From the NCBI RefSeq assembly GCF_900754615.1, contig NZ_CAAEDN010000006.1: a stretch of 64,000 nucleotides of DNA; one strand, written 5' to 3'. Positions 59,738-64,000 of this stretch are shown here, piece after piece. The stretch's first letter is position 1, and every line of letters begins with the position of its first letter. A program made the position numbers and the translations under genes. Source of the stretch: an uncultured Holdemanella sp. Lineage in GTDB: Bacteria > Bacillota_I > Bacilli_A > Erysipelotrichales > Erysipelotrichaceae. The notes under the pieces were generated by a model that did no database searches, was not told the DNA's origin, and saw only the letters and a program-made list of their open reading frames with translations.

Positions 59738-60625
59738 CTAAAACAAGTCTAACATTGCATCTAAATACATTTCTTCACGCACATGGATTTGATATTGTGG
59801 TTTTACCATGTAATAAAGAATGAATTCTAATAATAAAGCATTGCCTAAGTCTCTACCTTCAATTTTAAAATTTGAGTAGCCCATCGGAACATATACATTT
59901 AAAATATCATCTAAACAAATAAATCCAGGGCTTTCCATCACTCTTGAAAAGCGATAGCCTTCAAACGAATGTGGTGCTTTACATACATGATCCATACAAT
60001 CGATACCTAAGTTTTGTTTGCTGACTGTCTTGTAGCATTCTCTTCTCTCTTTACATCCATACCAGCAGCATTCGTTACATAGAAATTCCACCTTTTGTTT
60101 ATAGACTTCAGATATTGAACTCAGCTTTCCAAATTGTTTATTCAATCGAAAATCAGGAACTACATACTTAAAATCCGGATTTTCTACTTCTTTCTTAAAA
60201 TCATTAAAATCTGTTAGTACTTTTGTGGTGGAAGATACATAATATAGATTTGGATATTTCTTTTTTAAATATTTCATCAATATCTCTGAATGAATAATAA
60301 TTCCATTATTCATATCTAAATTCAACAGTCGACATAATTCGTTGCATTTTATATCTGATAAATGTTTTTCTTCAATTAAAGAATTACTAAATGTAAGGCG
60401 AACCGATATATTGTATTCTTTCATTAAAGCGAATACTTTTTCTGGATCATGATCTTCATAACTGATGCGTCCTCCTGACCATATACAATTGGATGGTGAG
60501 CCATAAATAGAGCCAATCTTGCACCAGTCATAGAAATATTCTGGTTTATTTTTAAATAGGGGCAAAAACTTTTTATAGAATTCATAGAATTCAAATAAGC
60601 CCGGTAAATGATAATATACACTCAT
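59738..60625 (-). CDS. Conserved hypothetical protein, peptidase-U32-like barrel
   Basis: WSGGR, LCNECCWYGC, FKIEGR. Confidence 0.6.
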   Translation of the reverse strand: MSVYYHLPGLFEFYEFYKKFLPLFKNKPEYFYDWCKIGSIYGSPSNCIWSGGRISYEDHDPEKVFALMKEYNISVRLTFSNSLIEEKHLSDIKCNELCRLLNLDMNNGIIIHSEILMKYLKKKYPNLYYVSSTTKVLTDFNDFKKEVENPDFKYVVPDFRLNKQFGKLSSISEVYKQKVEFLCNECCWYGCKERRECYKTVSKQNLGIDCMDHVCKAPHSFEGYRFSRVMESPGFICLDDILNVYVPMGYSNFKIEGRDLGNALLLEFILYYMVKPQYQIHVREEMYLDAMLDLF

Positions 60626-60678
60626 GTTGTAACCTCGGATAAGACTATTTTACACTTTTATGAAGGAATAAAGAAAGA

Positions 60679-60704
60679 AAAATCCAACCTTTCGATTGGA
60701 TTTT
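60679..60704 (-). terminator. Terminator after prfB
   Basis: AAAATCCAA / TTGGATTTT. Confidence 0.6.
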
Positions 60705-61804
60705 ATTGAATTTGTGATTTTAAATACGCAAAGATGAATTCATCAAGATCTCCATCTAATACGGATTGTACTTGACTTGTTTCATAACCTGTACGAACAT
60801 CTTTAACTAAGCTATATGGATGCATGACATAGCTTCGAATCTGGCTTCCCCATTCATTGGCTGACTGCACACCTTTAATTTGCGCAATCTTCTTTTCTTG
60901 TTCTTCAATTTCTAATTGATACAAACGAGACTTTAAGACACGCAAACATTCTTCTCTATTTTCATGCTGACTACGTCCATTCTGACATGTTGCCACAATG
61001 CCTGTAGGCTTGTGCACCATACGAACCGCGCTATCTGTTTTATTGATATGCTGTCCACCAGCACCTGAAGCTCGTTTTGTTTCAACAATTAAGTCTTCTG
61101 GCTTAATATCAATTTCAATTTCATCATTGAATTGCGGCATAACATCTAAACTCGCAAAAGAAGTATGTCTTCTAGCTCCTGAATCAAACGGTGAAATACG
61201 AACCAAGCGATGTACACCTTTTTCAGATTTCAAATAGCCATAAGCTTTATCTCCTTCGACAAGGAAAGTAACACTTTTAATACCCGCTTCATCCCCAGGT
61301 AAATAATCTAAAACGATTACTTTAAAACCATGTTTTTCAGCATATCTTGTATACATACGATACAACATACTTGCCCAGTCACAAGACTCCGTTCCACCAG
61401 CTCCTGGGTGAATTTCAAGAATCGCATTATTTTGATCATATTCATGACTCAATAAGACTTGGATTTCAAAATCCTCAAATTTTTTATCCATATCTACATA
61501 TTCTTCTTCGGCAATCATCATCAATTCTTCATCAAAGTCAGACTTTAATTCATCTGCCGTATCATTTAATGAAGTTAATTGTAAATCCAGTTCTTCATAA
61601 CGATCCACAATATCTTTCAATGCGTTTTTTGCACGAATCACTTGTTGAGCCTTTTTCTGATCTTGCCAGAAATCTGGTTCTAGAGTTTGTTTATCATATT
61701 CTTCAATTTGTTTATTTTTACTAGATAAGTCAAAGTGACTCACCTAAAGAATGTAATTTCTCTAGGTGAGTACTCACTCCTTGTTTCAATTCATAAAGTT
61801 CCAT
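60703..61804 (-). CDS. prfB: Peptide chain release factor 2, programmed +1 frameshift after codon 24
   Basis: [24 protein letters not shown] then CTT TGA C (61735-61729); +1 frame carries SPF and GGQ motifs. Confidence 0.95.
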
Positions 61805-64000
61805 TAAGCTTCATGCTCCTTACGAATACGAACCTTCAATAAGAAGAATGTGATTTCACGATCAATTCTCTGATTCATTTCTTCAAACATATCAAATCCT
61901 TCTTGAACATATTGTTGTAGAGGGTTATTTTGAGCATATGAACGTAAGTAGATACCACTACGTAATTTATCCATCATATCAATGTGGTTGATCCAGTTAC
62001 GGTCAATATTACGTAATACAACTGTCTTTTCGAATGGTAAGAATTGGCGCTTAACATCTTTAATTTCTGCTTCATATTCATTCCAAATCTTATTTACACA
62101 ATATTCTTTCGCTTCATCATAAGATTTGCCTTCAAGTTCACTTGCTCGAATGGCTTTATCTTCTGCCATGCCCATCATTTCAATTGACTTTACGACACCT
62201 GCAACATCAATTGTTTGTTTCTTTTGGTCGGATAGATTTGCCTGTAATGTTTGTTCAATCGTTTTTTCAAATACTACATGAACCATATCATGTACTTCAT
62301 CGGCTTCTAAGATACGATTACGTTGTGCATAAATAATTTCACGTTGACGACGCAACACATCATCATAATCTAATAATTGTTTACGCATATCAAAGTTGTA
62401 TCCTTCAACACGTTTTTGAGCCATTGTGATTGATTTTGTGACTGCCTTAGATTCGATTTGTTCATCCCCCATTTTTTCAAATAGTTTTTGTAGTTTATCA
62501 CCACCAAAACGAACCATCAACGAATCTTCTAAAGATACATAGAAACGTGAGAATCCAGGATCTCCTTGACGACCAGAACGTCCACGTAACTGGTTATCAA
62601 TACGACGTGATTCATGTCTTTCACTACCTAATACAGCTAAACCACCTAATTTACGTGATTCTTCAGTTAATTTAATATCCGTACCACGCCCAGCCATGTT
62701 TGTCGCAATTGTGACTGATTTTGGACGGCCAGCCTTTGCGATGATTTCTGCTTCACGAGCATGGTTTTTCGCGTTCAATACTTCATGAGGGATGTGTTCC
62801 TTATTTAATAATTGAGAAATAACCTCACTTGTTTCTACCGCAATCGTACCAACCAATACGGGTTGTCCTGTTTCATACAAACGTTTTACTTCACGAACCA
62901 ATGCAGCATATTTATCTTTTTTGTGCGCATAGTTTTCATCTGGAAAATCTTTACGAGCCACTGGACGGTTTGTAGGAATAACTACAACTTTCATGTTATA
63001 AGTTGATAAGAATTCTTCTTCTTCTGTTTTTGCAGTACCTGTCATACCTGCTAATTTTTCATATAGACGGAAGAAGTTCTGATATGTGATTGTGGCTAAA
63101 GTCGAAGTTTCTTCTTTAATTGGCACTCCTTCTTTTGCTTCAATAGCTTGATGCAAACCATCTGAGTAAGCACGTCCAGGCATCATACGACCTGTAAACT
63201 GATCGACAATTACGATTTCTTTTTCATCATTCACTACATATTCAACTTCACGCATCATAATATAGTTTGCTTTTAAAGCCTGGTTGATGTGGTGAACAAG
63301 TTGTGTATGTTCAATATCATAAAGGTTTTTGATTTTAAAGAATTTTTCTGCTTTATGAACACCATCTTCACTTAACATGATCTGACGTGTTTTTTCATCA
63401 ATATCATAATCTCCAGAAATTAAAGTTTTTTCATGAGTAAACTTATCTGTTTCATATTCTGGAGCTACTAAAGTCTTCACAAAACGATCAGACTGAATGT
63501 ATAAATTTGCGGTTTGTTTTTTTCCACCTGAAATAATCAATGGTGTACGACTCTCATCAATTAATACAGAGTCAACTTCATCGATTACAGCCATGTGAAG
63601 GCCTCGCATTACACGATCTTCAACTTCTGTAACCATGTTGTCTCGCAAATAATCAAATCCAAGTTCGGAGTTTGTTGTATAAGTAATATCACATGCATAT
63701 GCATCGCGCTTTTCTCTTGGTTTTAAATCACGTGTATTTACCCCTACAGTTAAACCTAGGAAACGATAAATTTCACCCATCCAAGCTGCATCACGACCAG
63801 CCAAGTATTCATTGACTGTGATCACATGAACGCCTTGTCCAGCAAGTGCATTTAAATATACACACATTGTTGCAGTCAAAGTTTTACCTTCACCTGTCTT
63901 CATTTCTGAGATATCACCTTTGTGCATCGCAATAGATCCCATAATCTGAACTTTATAAGGTTTTTCGTTAATTACACGATATGCTGCTTCTCTTGCAGTC
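61804..64000 (-). CDS. secA: Preprotein translocase SecA (5' end outside the window)
   Basis: MKTGEGKT, DEVDS, ATNMAGRGTDI, QLRGRSGRQGDPG. Confidence 0.97.
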   Translation of the reverse strand, partial: TAREAAYRVINEKPYKVQIMGSIAMHKGDISEMKTGEGKTLTATMCVYLNALAGQGVHVITVNEYLAGRDAAWMGEIYRFLGLTVGVNTRDLKPREKRDAYACDITYTTNSELGFDYLRDNMVTEVEDRVMRGLHMAVIDEVDSVLIDESRTPLIISGGKKQTANLYIQSDRFVKTLVAPEYETDKFTHEKTLISGDYDIDEKTRQIMLSEDGVHKAEKFFKIKNLYDIEHTQLVHHINQALKANYIMMREVEYVVNDEKEIVIVDQFTGRMMPGRAYSDGLHQAIEAKEGVPIKEETSTLATITYQNFFRLYEKLAGMTGTAKTEEEEFLSTYNMKVVVIPTNRPVARKDFPDENYAHKKDKYAALVREVKRLYETGQPVLVGTIAVETSEVISQLLNKEHIPHEVLNAKNHAREAEIIAKAGRPKSVTIATNMAGRGTDIKLTEESRKLGGLAVLGSERHESRRIDNQLRGRSGRQGDPGFSRFYVSLEDSLMVRFGGDKLQKLFEKMGDEQIESKAVTKSITMAQKRVEGYNFDMRKQLLDYDDVLRRQREIIYAQRNRILEADEVHDMVHVVFEKTIEQTLQANLSDQKKQTIDVAGVVKSIEMMGMAEDKAIRASELEGKSYDEAKEYCVNKIWNEYEAEIKDVKRQFLPFEKTVVLRNIDRNWINHIDMMDKLRSGIYLRSYAQNNPLQQYVQEGFDMFEEMNQRIDREITFFLLKVRIRKEHEA

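Noticed and set aside
60703..61743. prfB as a truncated gene or pseudogene
   Set aside because: Explained by the canonical programmed frameshift
248..63006. Numerous 60-130-aa ORFs antisense to or nested in long genes (e.g. 1213-1572, 29109-29438, 61347-61724)
   Set aside because: Shadow ORFs of well-supported genes, without SD or motifs

Overview
AT-rich chromosomal segment of a low-GC Firmicute; gene content suggests a gut Erysipelotrichaceae (Holdemanella-like), which is an inference. Most genes are on the minus strand. Housekeeping and metabolic loci include partial secA, prfB with a programmed +1 frameshift, pepF, pheA, malQ, a SNF2 helicase, a cydDC-like ABC pair, potABCD with a puuR-like regulator, csoR-copA, kdpDE with ktrBA, and a glycosylasparaginase-dipeptidase-cutC operon. 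Accessory content includes a SauUSI-like type IV restriction/NUDIX/HNH island, two unannotated type I toxin-antitoxin-like loci sharing a promoter motif, and four stand-alone ATPase/PD-(D/E)XK nuclease genes. The most striking unexplained signal is that both AAA_14/DUF4143-type ATPase genes are preceded by four exactly phased direct repeats (33-bp and 32-bp period) sharing the core RCAYATTTTT. The other two ATPase-nuclease genes carry their own upstream repeats or palindromes. Other hidden features are an in-frame internal SD+ATG in copA that could yield a free CopZ, a KdpE-box-preceded 30-aa peptide, a tandem-repeat insertion in PotA, a possible domesticated IS200 TnpA, and a transketolase relic. 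No rRNA, tRNA, CRISPR array or intact IS was seen.
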